A stretch of 64,000 nucleotides of DNA from Nemertoderma westbladi (Eukaryota > Animalia > Xenacoelomorpha). The stretch is taken from NCBI GenBank assembly GCA_032718475.1, contig JAUCBJ010007778.1, positions 8,108 to 72,107 of the forward strand. The letters run 5' to 3'. Positions within the stretch are counted from its first letter, which is position 1; every line of letters begins with the position of its first letter. Under the pieces are notes generated by a model, which was given only the letters and a program-made list of their open reading frames with translations, ran no database searches and had not been told where the DNA came from. The position numbers and the translations under genes were made by a program. Of this stretch, positions 1 through 14,209 are shown in pieces.

Positions 1-3000
1 CTATAGCTCGTTAGATAGGTCTTGCCCTAACTTGTTGCAACGTAATACTCAGAGCCGTCTGAAGTTCCACCGTCTGCCGCTAGAGGGCGAATTGTTCGAT
101 ACTGAAAACCTGATCTCATTGGGTTGTTTTTAATGCGTTTGAGCTGAAACTTGGTAGCTATATACTGCAGCAGCAGCATAGGCTGTATATTTCCGGAGTC
201 ACTGAGTTGTCCACAGTTCCCCAGTCTACCGTTAGAGGGCGAAATGTCTGAAAGTTAACATCTTCTCCAACTTTGTTATTTACAATCCGTTTAGACTGAA
301 ACTTGGTAGGCATCTACTACAGCAAAGGCTGTATCTTTACTGAGTCGCAGAGTCGTCTACAATTCCCCAGTCTACCGTTAGAGGGCTAAATGTCTGAGAG
401 ATAACATCTTCTCCAACTTTGTTATTTACAATCCGTTTAGACTGAAACTTGGTAGGCATCTACTACAGCTAAGGCTGTATCTTTACTGAGTCGCAGAGTC
501 GTCTACAATTCCCCAGTCTACCGCTAGAGGGCGAAATGTCTGAAAGTTAACATCTTCTCCAACTTTGTTATTTACAATCCGTTTAGACTGAAACTTGGTA
601 GGCATCTACTACAGCAAAGGCTGTATCTTTACTGAGTCGCAGAGTCGTCTACAATTCCCCAGTCTACCGTTAGAGGGCTAAATGTCTGAGAGTTAACATC
701 TTCTCCAACTTTGTTATTTACAATCCGTTTAGACTGAAACTTGGTAGGCATCTACTACAGCAAAGGCTGTATCTTTACTGAGTCGCAGAGTCGTCTACAA
801 TTCCCCAGTCTACCGCTAGAGGGCGAAATGTCTGAGAGTTAACATCTTCTCCAACTTTGTTATTTACAATCCGTTTAGACTGAAACTTGGTAGGCATCTA
901 CTACAGCAAAGGCTGTATCTTTACTGAGTCACAGAGTCGTCTACAATTCCCCAGTCTACCGCTAGAGGGCTAAATGTCTGAGAGTTAACATCTTCTCCAA
1001 CTTTGTTATTTACAATCCGTTTAGACTGAAACTTGGTAGGCATCTACTACAGCAAAGGCTGTATCTTTACTGAGTCGCAGAGTCGTCTACAATTCCCCAG
1101 TCTACCGCTAGAGGGCGAAATGTCTGAAAGTTAACATCTCCTCCAACTTTGTTATTTACAATCCTTTTAGACTGAAACTTGGTAGGCATCTACTATAGCA
1201 TAGGCTATATCTTTGCGGAGTAGTAGAGTCATCTACAGTTCCACAGTCAGCCGCTAGAGGGCGAATTGTCTGATAGTGAAAACCTCATCCCATTTGGTTC
1301 TTTTTAATCATTTTGAGCTGAAACTTGGTTGGTATCTACTACATCATAGGCTGTATCTTTACGGGGTTGCAGAATCCTATTCACTTCCCCAGTCTACCGC
1401 TAGAGGGTGAAATGTCTGAAAGTTAACATCTTCTCCAACTTTGTTATTTACTAACGGTTTAGACTGAAACTTGGTAGGCATCTACTACAGCATAGGCTGT
1501 ACCTTTACGGAGTCACAGAGTTGTATACAGTCCCCCCATCTGCCGCTAGAGGGCGACATATCTGATAGTGAACACCTCATCCCATTTGGTTCTTTTTAAT
1601 CCTATTGAGCTGGAACTTGGCAGGAATCTACTACAGCATATTCTGTATCTTTACGGAGTCCCAGAGTCGTCTACAGTTCTTCAGTCTACCGCTAGAGGGT
1701 GAAATGTCTGAATGTGAACATCTACACCAATTTTGTTATTTACAATCTGTTTAAGCTGAAACTTGAAAGGCAGGCATTTTACTTCACCATAAACCCCATC
1801 TTTACCAAATCTAATATATATAAATATCGATTGTCTGTCTGTCTGTGTGTTTGTCATCGGCTATACAATCGAACCCATCTCGATGAAATCTCGCTTGCTA
1901 TAGCTCGTTAGAAAGGTCTCGCCCTAACTCGTTGCAACGTAATACTCAGAGTCGTCTGAAGTTCACCCGTCTGCCGCTAGAGGGCGATTTTCGTGATTTT
2001 CGGGCGAAATTTATCGAATTATTTCGGTTCTTCTATCGGTAATTAATAATTTAGAGGGCTAACATTTATCCCACCTGGTATAAAATTAACATGGGTAGAT
2101 TCGCCGTGTCCCATTCTCACAAAGTTTTTATTTTATTCGAGTGTTTAATATAAATATGTATGATTATTTATTGATTAAAAATCAAATAGTGTATAAATAT
2201 GTCATATTCGCCAAGCACGATCGAATTGGCCTATTGGTATTGAATAGGGAAGGATTGTTTTCTGTATCATAGCAACATTAAGGTAATTATTGAAATCGCA
2301 GCTAGCTGGCTGGGCACAGATAAGGAGCAAGCAGGCTGGAGTGTTGATTGGGGTGGGTTTGGGTTGTCTGTTGCGAATTGCTCAAGAGTAATTCTGCTTT
2401 TTCAATCATTGGCTGCATGGAAGGAGAGGTTTATAACATTTTTGTTTTACTGTTATGAATATTAAAAGGAAAATAATTATTTCTGTAGGCCTATACTTAC
2501 TGTATTATTATTTTATCTAATAGTATACATCTAATCTCGATGAAATCTCGCTTACTATAGCTCGTTAGATAGGTCTCGCCCTAAGTCGTTGCAACGTAAT
2601 ACTCAGAGCCGTCTGAAGTTCCCCCGTCTGCCGCTAGAGGGCGAATTGTCCGATAGTGAAAACCTGATCTTATTGGGTTGTTTTTAATGCTTTTGAGCTG
2701 AAACTTGGTAGCTATATACTGCAGCATAGGCTGTATTTTTTCCGGAGTCACTGGGTTGTCTACAGTTCCCCAGTCTACCGTTAGAGGGCTAAATGTCTGA
2801 GAGTTAACATCTTCTCCAACTTTGTTATTTACAATCCGTTTAGACTGAAACTTGGTAGGCATCTACTACAGCATAGACTGTATCTTTACTGAGTCGCAGA
2901 GTCGTCTACAATTCCCCGGTCTACCGCTAGAGGGCGAAATGTCTGAAAGTTAACATCTTCTCCAACTTTGTTATTTATAATCCATTTAGACTGAACTTGG

Positions 3001-6000
3001 TAGGCATCTACTACAGCATATGCTATATCTTTACTGAGTCGCGCAGAGTTGTCTACAGTACCCGCGTCTGCCGCTAGAGGGCGAAATGTATGAAAGTTAA
3101 CATCTTCTCCAACTTTGTTATTTACAATCCGTTTAGACTGAAACTTGGTAGGCATCTACTACAGCAAAGGCTGTATCTTTACTGAGTCGCAGAGTCGTCT
3201 ACAATTCCCCAGTCTACCGCTAGAGGGCGAAATGTCTGAGAGTTAACATCTTCTCCAACTTTGTTATTTACAATCCGTTTAGACTGAAACTTGGTAGGCA
3301 TCTACTACAGCAAAGGCTGTATCTTTACTGAGTCACAGAGTCGTCTACAATTCCCCAGTCTACCGCTAGAGGGCTAAATGTCTGAGAGTTAACATCTTCT
3401 CCAACTTTGTTATTTACAATCCGTTTAGACTGAAACTTGGTAGGCATCTACTACAGCAAAGGCTGTATCTTTACTGAGTCGCAGAGTCGTCTACAATTCC
3501 CCAGTCTACCGCTAGAGGGCGAAATGTCTGAAAGTTAACATCTCCTCCAACTTTGTTATTTACAATCCTTTTAGACTGAAACTTGGTAGGCATCTACTAT
3601 AGCATAGGCTATATCTTTGCGGAGTAGTAGAGTCATCTACAGTTCCACAGTCAGCCGCTAGAGGGCGAATTGTCTGATAGTGAAAACCTCATCCCATTTG
3701 GTTCTTTTTAATCATTTTGAGCTGAAACTTGGTTGGTATCTACTACATCATAGGCTGTATCTTTACGGGGTTGCAGAATCCTATTCACTTCCCCAGTCTA
3801 CCGCTAGAGGGTGAAATGTCTGAAAGTTAACATCTTCTCCAACTTTGTTATTTACTAACGGTTTAGACTGAAACTTGGTAGGCATCTACTACAGCATAGG
3901 CTGTACCTTTACGGAGTCACAGAGTTGTATACAGTCCCCCCATCTGCCGCTAGAGGGCGACATATCTGATAGTGAACACCTCATCCCATTTGGTTCTTTT
4001 TAATCCTATTGAGCTGGAACTTGGCAGGAATCTACTACAGCATATTCTGTATCTTTACGGAGTCCCAGAGTCGTCTACAGTTCTTCAGTCTACCGCTAGA
4101 GGGTGAAATGTCTGAATGTGAACATCTACACCAATTTTGTTATTTACAATCTGTTTAAGCTGAAACTTGAAAGGCAGGCATTTTACTTCACCATAAACCC
4201 CATCTTTACCAAATCTAATATATATAAATATCGATTGTCTGTCTGTCTGTGTGTTTGTCATCGGCTATACAATCGAACCCATCTCGATGAAATCTCGCTT
4301 GCTATAGCTCGTTAGAAAGGTCTCGCCCTAACTCGTTGCAACGTAATACTCAGAGTCGTCTGAAGTTCACCCGTCTGCCGCTAGAGGGCGATTTTCGTGA
4401 TTTTCGGGCGAAATTTATCGAATTATTTCGGTTCTTCTATCGGTAATTAATAATTTAGAGGGCTAACATTTATCCCACCTGGTATAAAATTAACATGGGT
4501 AGATTCGCCGTGTCCCATTCTCACAAAGTTTTTATTTTATTCGAGTGTTTAATATAAATATGTATGATTATTTATTGATTAAAAATCAAATAGTGTATAA
4601 ATATGTCATATTCGCCAAGCACGATCGAATTGGCCTATTGGTATTGAATAGGGAAGGATTGTTTTCTGTATCATAGCAACATTAAGGTAATTATTGAAAT
4701 CGCAGCTAGCTGGCTGGGCACAGATAAGGAGCAAGCAGGCTGGAGTGTTGATTGGGGTGGGTTTGGGTTGTCTGTTGCGAATTGCTCAAGAGTAATTCTG
4801 CTTTTTCAATCATTGGCTGCATGGAAGGAGAGGTTTATAACATTTTTGTTTTACTGTTATGAATATTAAAAGGAAAATAATTATTTCTGTAGGCCTATAC
4901 TTACTGTATTATTATTTTATCTAATAGTATACATCTAATCTCGATGAAATCTCGCTTACTATAGCTCGTTAGATAGGTCTCGCCCTAAGTCGTTGCAACG
5001 TAATACTCAGAGCTGTCTGAAGTTCCCCCGTCTGCCGCTAGAGGGCGAATTGTCCGATAGTGAAAACCTGATCTTATTGGGTTGTTTTTAATGCTTTTGA
5101 GCTGAAACTTGGTAGCTATATACTGCAGCATAGGCTGTATTTTTTCCGGAGTCACTGGGTTGTCTACAGTTCCCCAGTCTACCGTTAGAGGGCTAAATGT
5201 CTGAGAGTTAACATCTTCTCCAACTTTGTTATTTACAATCCGTTTAGACTGAAACTTGGTAGGCATCTACTACAGCATAGACTGTATCTTTACTGAGTCG
5301 CAGAGTCGTCTACAATTCCCCGGTCTACCGCTAGAGGGCGAAATGTCTGAAAGTTAACATCTTCTCCAACTTTGTTATTTATAATCCATTTAGACTGAAC
5401 TTGGTAGGCATCTACTACAGCATATGCTATATCTTTACTGAGTCGCGCAGAGTTGTCTACAGTACCCGCGTCTGCCGCTAGAGGGCGAAATGTATGAAAG
5501 TTAACATCTTCTCCAACTTTGTTATTTACAAACCTTTTAGACTGAAACTTGGTAGGCATCTACTATAGCATAGGCTATATCTTTGCGGAGTAGTAGAGTC
5601 GTCTACAGTTCCACAGTCAGCCGCAAGAGGGCGAATTGTCTGATAGTGAAAACCTCATCCCATTTGGTTCTTTTTAATCCTTTTGAACTGAAACTTGGCA
5701 GGTATCTACTACATCCTAGGCTCTATCTTTACGGAGTTGCAGAGTCCTATACACTTCCCCAGTCTACCGCTAGAGGGTGAAATGTCTGAAAGTTACCATC
5801 TTCTCCAACTTTGTTATTTATAATCCATTTAGACTGAACTTGGTAGGCATCTACTACAGCATAGGCTATATCTTTACTGAGTCGCGCAGAGTTGTCTACA
5901 TTACCCGCGTCTGCCGCTAGAGGGCGAAATGTATGAAAGTTAACATCTCCTCCAACTTTGTTATTTACAATCCTTTTAGACTGAAACTTGGTAGACATCT

Positions 6001-9000
6001 ACTATAGCATAGGCTATATCTTTGTGGAGTAGTAGAGTCGTCTACAGTTCCACAGTCAGCCGCTAGAGGGGGAATTGTCTGATAGTGAAAACCTCATCCC
6101 ATTTGGTTCTTTTTAATCCTTTTGAGCTGAAACTTGGCAGGTATCTACTACATCATAGGCTGTATCTTTACGGAGTTGCAGAGTCCTATACACTTCCCCA
6201 GTCTACCGCTAGAGGGTGAAATGTCTGAAAGTTAACATCTTCTCCAACTTTGTTATTTACTAACGGTTTAGACTGAAACTTGTTAGGCATCTACTACAAC
6301 ATAGGCTGTACCTTTACGGATTCTCAGAGTTGTATACAGTCCCCCCCATTTGACGCTAGAGGGCGAAATATCTGATAGTGAACACCTCATCCCATTTGGT
6401 TCTTTTTAATCCTATTGAGCTGGAACTTGGCAGGAATCTACTACAGCATATTCTGTATCTTTATGGAGTCCTAGAGTCGTCTACAGTTCTTCAGTCTACC
6501 GCTAGAGGGTGAAATGTTTGAATATGAACATCTACACCAATTTTGTTATTTACAATCTGTTTAAGCTGAAACTTGAAAGGCAGGCATTTTACTTCACCAT
6601 AAACCCCATCTTTACCAAACTGCAGCGCCGTCTGCATTTCACCACTCCGCAGGTAGAGGGTGGATCTGAAAGTGATCATTTTCTGGAAATTTTGTTATTT
6701 ACAATCTGCCTAAAGTTGAAACTTGACAGTTATCTCTTATGGGGGTGGTGTTTTATTTAATGATGGTGTCTGTTCCGTATGCAGTTCTCAAATCTCCCAC
6801 ACATATTCATATATCATCTGCACGTGCACTAGAAAGCTGTGGCCCGAAGGGCCACAGGCTTTCTAGTCTAATATATATAAATATCGATTGTCTGTCAGTC
6901 AGTCTGTCTGTCTGTGTGTTTGTCATCGGCTATACAATCGAACCCATCTCGATGAAATCTCGCTTGCTATAGCTCGTTAGAAAGGTCTCGCTCTAACTCG
7001 TTGCAACGTAATACTCAGAGTCGTCTGAAGTTCGCCCGTCTGCCGCTAGAGGGCGATTTTCGTGATTTTCGGGCGAAATTTATCGAATTATTTCGGTTCT
7101 TCTATCGGTAATTAATTATTTAGAGGGCTAACATTTATCCCACCTGGTATAAAATTAACATGGGTAGATTCGCCGTGTCCCATTCTCACAAAGTTTTTAT
7201 TTTATTTGAGTGTTTAATATAAATATGTATGATTATTTATTGATTAAAAATCAAATAGTGTATAAATATGTCATATTCGCCAAGCACGATCGAATTGGCC
7301 TATTGTTATTGAATATGGAAGGATTTTTTTCTGTATCATAGCAACGTTAAGCTTAAGGTAATTATTGAACTCGCAGCTAGCTGGCTGGGCACAGATAAGG
7401 AGCAAGCAGGCTGGAGTGTTGATTGGGGTGGGTTTGGGTTGTCTATTGCTGCATGGAAGGAGAGGTTTATAACATTTTTGTTTTACTGTTATGAATATTA
7501 AAAGTAAAATAATTATTTCTGTAGGCCTGTACTTACTGTATTATTATTTTATCTAATATTATACATCTAATCTCGATGAAATCTCGCTTACTATAGCTCG
7601 TTAGATAGGTCTCGCCCTAACTCGTTGCAAGGTAATTCTCAGAGCCGTCTGAAGTTCCCCCGTCTGCCGCTAGAGGGCGAATTGTCCGATAGTGAAATCC
7701 TGATCTCATTGGGTTGTTTTTAATGCGTTTGAGCTGAAACTTGGTAGCTATATACTGCAGCAGCAGCATAGGCTGTATATTTCTGGAGTCACTGAGTTGT
7801 CCACAGTTCCCCAGTCTACCGTTAGAGGGCTAAATGTCTGAGAGTTAACATCTTCTCCAACTTTGTTATTGACAATCCGTTTAGACTGAAACTTGGTAGG
7901 CATCTACTACAGCATAGGCTATATCTTTACTGAGTCGCGCAGAGTTGTCTATATTACCCGCGTCTGCCGCTAGAGGGCGAAATGTATGAAAGTTAACATC
8001 TCCTCCAACTTTGTTATTTACAATCCTTTTAGACTGAAACTTGGTAGGCTTCTACTATAGCATAGGCTATATCTTTGCGGAGTAGTAGAGTCGTCTACAG
8101 TTCCACAGTCAGCCGCTAGAGGGCGAATTGTCTGATAGTGAAAACCTCATCCCATTTGGTTCCTTTTAATCATTTTGAGCTGAAACTTGGTTGGTATCTA
8201 CTACATCATAGGCTGTATCTTTACGGAGTTGCAGAATCCTATTCACTTCCCCAGTCTACCGCTAGAGGGTGAAATGTCTGTAAGTTAACATCTTCTCCAA
8301 CTTTGTTATTTACTAACGGTTTAGACTGAAACTTGGTAGGCATCTACTACAGCGTAGGCTGTACCTTTATGGAGTCGCAGAGTTGTATACAGTCCCCCCA
8401 TCTGCCGCTAGAGGGCGAAATATCTGATAGTGAACACCTCATCCCATTTGGTTCTTTTTAATCCTATTGAGCTGGAACTTGGCAGGAATCTACTACAGCA
8501 TATGCTGTATCTTTACGGAGTCCCAGAGTCGTCTACAGTTCTTCAGTCTACCGCTAGAGGGTGAAATGTCTGAATGTGAACATCTACACCAATTTTGTTA
8601 TTTACAATCTGTTTAAGCTGAAACTTGAAAGGCAGGCATTTTACTTCACCATAAACCCCATCTTTACCAAACTGCAGCGCCGTCTGCATTTCACCAGTCC
8701 GCAGGTAGAGGGTGGATCTGAAAGTGATCATTTTCTGGAAATTTTGTTATTTACAATCTGCCTAAAGTTGAAACTTGACAGTTATCTCTTATGGGGGTGG
8801 TGTTTTATTTAATGATGGTGTCTGTTCCGTATGCAGTTCTCAAATCTTCCACACATATTCATATATCATCTGCACGTGCACTAGAAAGCTGTGGCCCGAA
8901 GGGCCACAGGCTTTCTAGTCTATATATATAAATATCGATTGTCTGTCTGTCTGTCTGTCTGTGAGTTTGTCATCGGCTATACAATCGAACCCATCTCGAT

Positions 9001-10565
9001 GAAATCTCGCTTGCTATAGCTCGTTAGAAAGATCTCGCTCTAACTCGTTGCAACGTAATACTCAGAGTCGTCTGAAGTTCACCCGTCTGCCGCTAGAGGG
9101 CGATTTTCGTGATTTTCGGGCGAAATTTATCGAATTATTTCGGTTCTTCTATCGGTAATTAATGATTTAGAGGGCTAACATTTATCCCACCTGGTATAAA
9201 ATTAACATGGGTAGATTCGCCGTGTCCCATTCTCACAAAGTTTTTATTTTATTCGAGTGTTTAATATAAATATGTATGATTATTTATTGATTAAAAATCA
9301 AATAGTGTATAAATATGTCATATTCGCCAAGCACGATCGAATTGGCCTATTCTTAGTGCTGTAGTGAATAGGGAAGGATTTTTTTCTGTATCATAGCAAC
9401 GTTAAGGTAATTATTGAAATCGCAGCTAGCTGGGCACAGATAAGGAGCAAGCCAGGTTGTAGTGTTGATTGGGGTGGGTTTGGGTTGTCTGTTGCGAACT
9501 GCTCAAGTGTAATTCTGCTTTCTCAATCATTGGCTGCATGGAAGGAGAGGTTTATAACATTTTTGTTTTACTGTTATGAATATTAAAAGTAAAATAATTA
9601 TTTCTGTAGGCCTGTACTTACTGTATTATTATTTTATCTAATATTATACATCTAATCTCGATGAAATCTCGCTTACTATAGCTCGTTAGATAGGTCTCGC
9701 CCTAACTCGTTGCAACGTAAAACGTAATACTCAGAGCCGTCTGAAGTTCCCCCGTCTGCCGCTAGAGGGCGAATTGTCCGGTAGTGAAAACCTGATCTCA
9801 TTGGGTTGTTTTTAATGCTTTTGAGCTGAAACTTGGTAGCTATATACTGCAGCATAGGCTGTATATTTCCGGAGTCACTGAGTTGTCCACAGTTCCCCAG
9901 TCTACCGTTGGAGGGCTAAATGTCTGAGAGTTAACATCTTCTCCAACTTTGTTATTTACAATCCTTTTAGACTGAAACTTGGTAGGCATCTAACTATAGC
10001 ATAGGCTGTACCTTTACGGAGTCGCAGAGTTGTATACAGTTCCCACATCTGCCGCTAGAGGGCGAATTGTCTGATAGTGAACACCTCATCCCATTTGGTT
10101 CTTTTTAATCATTTTGAGCTGAAACTTGGCAGGAATCTACTACAGCATATTCTGTATCTTTACGGAGTCCCAGAGTCGTCTACAGTTCTTCAGTCTACCG
10201 CTAGAGGGTGAAATGTCTGAATGTGAACATTTACACCAATTTTGTTATTTACAATCTGTTTAAGCTGAAACTTGAAAGGTAGGCGTTTTACTTCACCATA
10301 AACCCCATCTTTACCAAACTGCAGCGCCGTCTGCATTTCACCAGTCCGCAGGTAGAGGGTGGATCTGAAAGTGATCATTTTCTGGAAATTTTGTTATTTA
10401 CAATCTGCCTAAAGTTGAAACTTGACAGTTATCTCTTATGGGGGTGGTGTTTTATTTAATGATGGTGTCTGTTCCGTATGCAGTTCTCAAATCTCCCACA
10501 CATATTCATATATCATCTGCACGTGCACTAGAAAGCTGTGGCCCGAAGGGCCACAGGCTTTCTAG
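1..10565 (+). mobile_element. Tandem head-to-tail array of a non-autonomous Helitron (units: <1-1809, 1810-4213, 4214-6866, 6867-8918, 8919-10565)
   Basis: Units start TCTA(A)TATATATAAA followed by (GTCT)n at 1810, 4214, 6867 and 8919. Three units end with the hairpin TGTGGCCC-GAA-GGGCCACA then CTAG (6863-6866, 8915-8918, 10562-10565). The last CTAG is followed by T. A 5' TC, 3' hairpin plus CTAG, and no TIRs are the Helitron signature. No Rep/helicase ORF. Confidence 0.88.
60..10290 (+). repeat. 146-bp tandem subrepeat inside each Helitron unit
   Basis: The core G(C/T)TAGAGGG recurs at 231, 377, 523, 669, 815, 961, 1107 and onward (146-bp period). Copy number differs per unit, about 12, 12, 12, 8 and 5 by eye. 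Confidence 0.92.
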
Positions 10566-11599
10566 TAAAAATATAAATATATAAAAATTCATCCCTGTAC
10601 CGGTAGGCCTACTCTCAAAAATAAATTGTAACCCGTTCTAATGAGTTTAGTTTAAAGGTTAAAATAGCGTGCCACTGTAACCTTGAACCTAAAATAATAA
10701 TTTAACATTGAGGCAGGATATTAATTCGCCAAGGCGGGATTTGCGTCCAGTTCCCAGGTTCCCCCACAAACCCCCCCCTACTATATTTATTATTTATTTT
10801 GAAATAAAGATTAAGATGTACGGTAAATAACGGCCGATGTGTATAACCAATAAAGATAATCAATAATACAATCATATCTATTCTATTTCATTTCTGTATT
10901 AACTCAGTTAACTTTAGTACATTCCTACATTCTTTCATTATTACAGTCAGTCACTGCAATTGCAAACAATCACTCATTAGGTAAGTTGGTTAGAGTACAT
11001 AGAGCCACCGGCAGACCGCTAATATTTAAATGTAGACCAATAAGTTACAATGAGTGCTTGTTGATTCAGTGCCTACAAATGTGGCCTAGAATAGCTACCA
11101 CTCACATAACAACCAATCAAACGTAGCTGCCCCATAACCATTGAAAGCATTCATAGACAGGCAATATTGGATGTTCACAAAATGAGTGCTTGCGTTTTTA
11201 CTCTCATGTCCCTGTCTCCATTTGGTAGTTAATGTTTTGTAGTTTTTCTACTGTGTGGGGCCTACCTACGTCTTACTGTCTTACATGAAGGCTGGGCTGG
11301 TAAGCCCTAATGAAGAAAGCTGATTTTAACACACAAATGTAGGTTTTGAGTGCGTGACAGTAACACTGCTAGTCCTACTCGTTATATTTTATATTATTTT
11401 TATATTATATTATATTAACAAAAATTCCTAACAAAAACATATACCGTTGCCGCTGACTGATCTGTCAACCTCTATCACAATCACTATGCGTTCATTTTTT
11501 ATTGTTGTAAATATATACCATTAAAATTGGTCAGTGCATAATGACGACAGAAAAAAGTAGGCCTACTGGTAGACGATTATATTATCATTACTATTTTAG

Positions 11600-11744
11600 G
11601 TTTCGGAAATGACGTTAGATGGTAGTAAATCACATCCGGAAGCTGTTGTTGTAACTCCTCATGTTGATGAAGAAGATGATGACGAAGAAGAGGCTGCCGA
11701 TATGGAGGACTATGAGGAGTCTGGTTTATTAGAGGAAGACTCAG
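11600..11744 (+). CDS. ATG3: ATG3 (autophagy E2-like enzyme), penultimate coding exon (acidic flexible region)
   Basis: TTTTAG acceptor at 11598-11599 and GT donor at 11745. Encodes VSEMTLD...EEDDDEEEAADMEDYEESGLLEEDS, matching the ATG3 'EAADMEEYEESGLLE' motif. Phase 1 joins the next exon in frame. Confidence 0.9.
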
Positions 11745-12394
11745 GTAATAATATTTCAGAGAAAGTCGATTCCATCAGACATCCGAATAACGTGTTTGTT
11801 ATATAGACACTTATTTTGGAATATGTGATAAATACCCGAAAAGTTAACCTCGCAGCGTCGCACGTGGCGAACCCAACCGTAATTTATAATTATTTATTAT
11901 TTGGGACTTTTATCAATATTCTCGAGATATTATATTTACCGAGCGTCAGAATGGTTGATAACGAGTCGAGAGAATATTGACAAAAAAATTTAATGTCATG
12001 TAATCTCAATCTATAGGCCTATTGCTTCCATAGTTACTGCGATTCAAATTACTGTACTCCTCAACTCCCGATGCTGCCTAACTCAATGGTTAAATAATTT
12101 AGTGTTCTGGAATATATTTAATACGTAAGTAGAGAGCCGCTAAACTATATAAACCAATTGGATTTTTACGCCGCTCAGACATTAAATAACTAACTTTTGA
12201 GTGTGCGAATGTTTTTTGCTCAAATTACTTGCAAACCTTTTCTACCTCGATGCTCTTTCAACACATGCTATAAATAAAAATATTTTGGTGTATATTCGAG
12301 CCAATGACAATAACTACTTCCGAAATTCGACAACATTTTTTAATCATGACCTAGGGTTAGGATTAAATAAATATTATTAAAAAATTAATTACAG

Positions 12395-12825
12395 GAACGG
12401 CAGAATTGGCGACTAAAGATGAACCCAGTAATGAGGCAGCCGGTGATGAGGGGGGCGAGATAGTACAGACCCGAACCTACGATCTCATGATCACCTACGA
12501 TAAATACTACCAGACGCCCCGACTGTGGCTGGCCGGCTACAACGAGTCACGGAAACCCCTCACGCAGAAGCAGTTGTACGAGGACATATCGCAGGACCAC
12601 GTTAAACGTACCGTCACCATAGAACCACACCCCCATCTCCCGCCGCCCCCCATGGCCTCCGTACATCCGTGTCGCCACGCCGATGTCATGAAGAAGATTA
12701 TTGAAACTGTTGCGGAGGGTGGTAAGGATCTCGCAGTCGTTGTCTATCTCGTTATATTCCTCAAGTTCGTTCAGGCAGTGATCCCAACCATCGAATACGA
12801 TTATACTAGACACTTTACGTTATAG
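12395..12825 (+). CDS. ATG3: ATG3 last coding exon with the catalytic HPC motif
   Basis: ACAG acceptor at 12393-12394. Encodes [21 protein letters not shown]...SVHPCRHA...[21 protein letters not shown], then TAG. No upstream exons found in the window. Confidence 0.96.
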
Positions 12826-14209
12826 ATATCGTTGAAAAAAATAAATTTTTTAGGAGTAAATTAACTTATATTATATGGCGTTTCTTATAATTACTGTAAC
12901 TTGTGGTGCAGATTCATATTTCTTCTTCCTTCCAATATATACTGATTCCCGAAGATTACTCTCTATAGGTATCCAGGTTTTAATTACCTTTGTTACTTAT
13001 TATAAATTTATTGATAAAGTAACTTGCGTAATTCTTATATATTTTAGAAAATATAAATCTTCAAATTTTAATATCAGATCATGATTTCATTTACAACGCT
13101 CAGATGGTTACCAGCTTCAAGGGGCGATTCACCCCACCTCCCACAGTCTTTTTTAATTAGATACCCAATAAAACATTTTATGGTGATTCCGAATCTGAAA
13201 TCAGTTTTTTATAAGTTGTTTCGTTATTGAGTCATGGCAACATTTGAAATTTTCACCCAGAATTTGTAATTTTGGTGCAGCTCTAAAATTGCCACCAAGG
13301 AATACTATCCAACACCAATAATTTTCTATTTTCGGAATAGTCACCACAAATTAGCCCATAGGTTTCAAAACCATAAATGGGTATTTTTGAAAGATTTCAA
13401 AAGCGTTCACTTAATTGGTTCATGTTTGCTCAGTTGTAAATAGAAGAAAATTTTAATGGCAATTTCTCGCGGTGGTTTTTTTCGGACACTTTATTTACTT
13501 TTTCACTACTCAACCGATTTTCTTTGATGACTTAATATTTTACAATTTGATTTTAAAAAATTTATGGCGGTTTTTGTTTTAAAAGTACTCAAACGTCGAA
13601 AATTTTGCGAGTTTTTGGTATAATAGTAGACAGCAGCATCTGTACTGCTACAGTTATACAATTTTATAACAAAACCGCATTGTGCAGCTGACCTCAACTT
13701 ATTTACTTTCAATGTCATGATGATATACGATGGCTCATCGAGAAAATTATGTTCCATTTTATACGAAATATTGAGTTTATGAGTTTTAAAAGGCCAGTAA
13801 CTGTTTGTAAACTAAGAGGTATGATACTTATTGCTTTGGTTGGACTTTTAAGGGAGCTTAGGATTAATGTTTCATTCTCAGGCGAACCCCAGTACCGCAG
13901 TACCCCAGTAGCACGCGTCCTAATCACTGAAACATGGTGACTGGTAACTGAAACAGAAGGTCGTGCTACGGGCCTTCGGGGGCTTCGAACAATTAAAATA
14001 GGCAAGCTATTTACTCTTCTGCTATATCTCATCTAGCACCTATAAATGAACATGCTGACGTCAGATTTTGGCTGACCCCCTCCCCTCCCCTCATCAGCAC
14101 GTCATCAGATTTTCCCAACCCCCCCCCCCCCCCCCCCCCCTAAAGTGCTGACGTCATACTTGGGCGGCCCCAAAGGTTCAGTTGATGGGTTTGGAAGTTC
14201 AGTAAAAAG

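Noticed and set aside
1699-10378. Repeated short ORFs (MKCLNVNIY..., MPTKFQSKR..., MITFRSTL...)
   Set aside because: Chance frames in the Helitron subrepeat, broken by indels among copies, with no domain resemblance.
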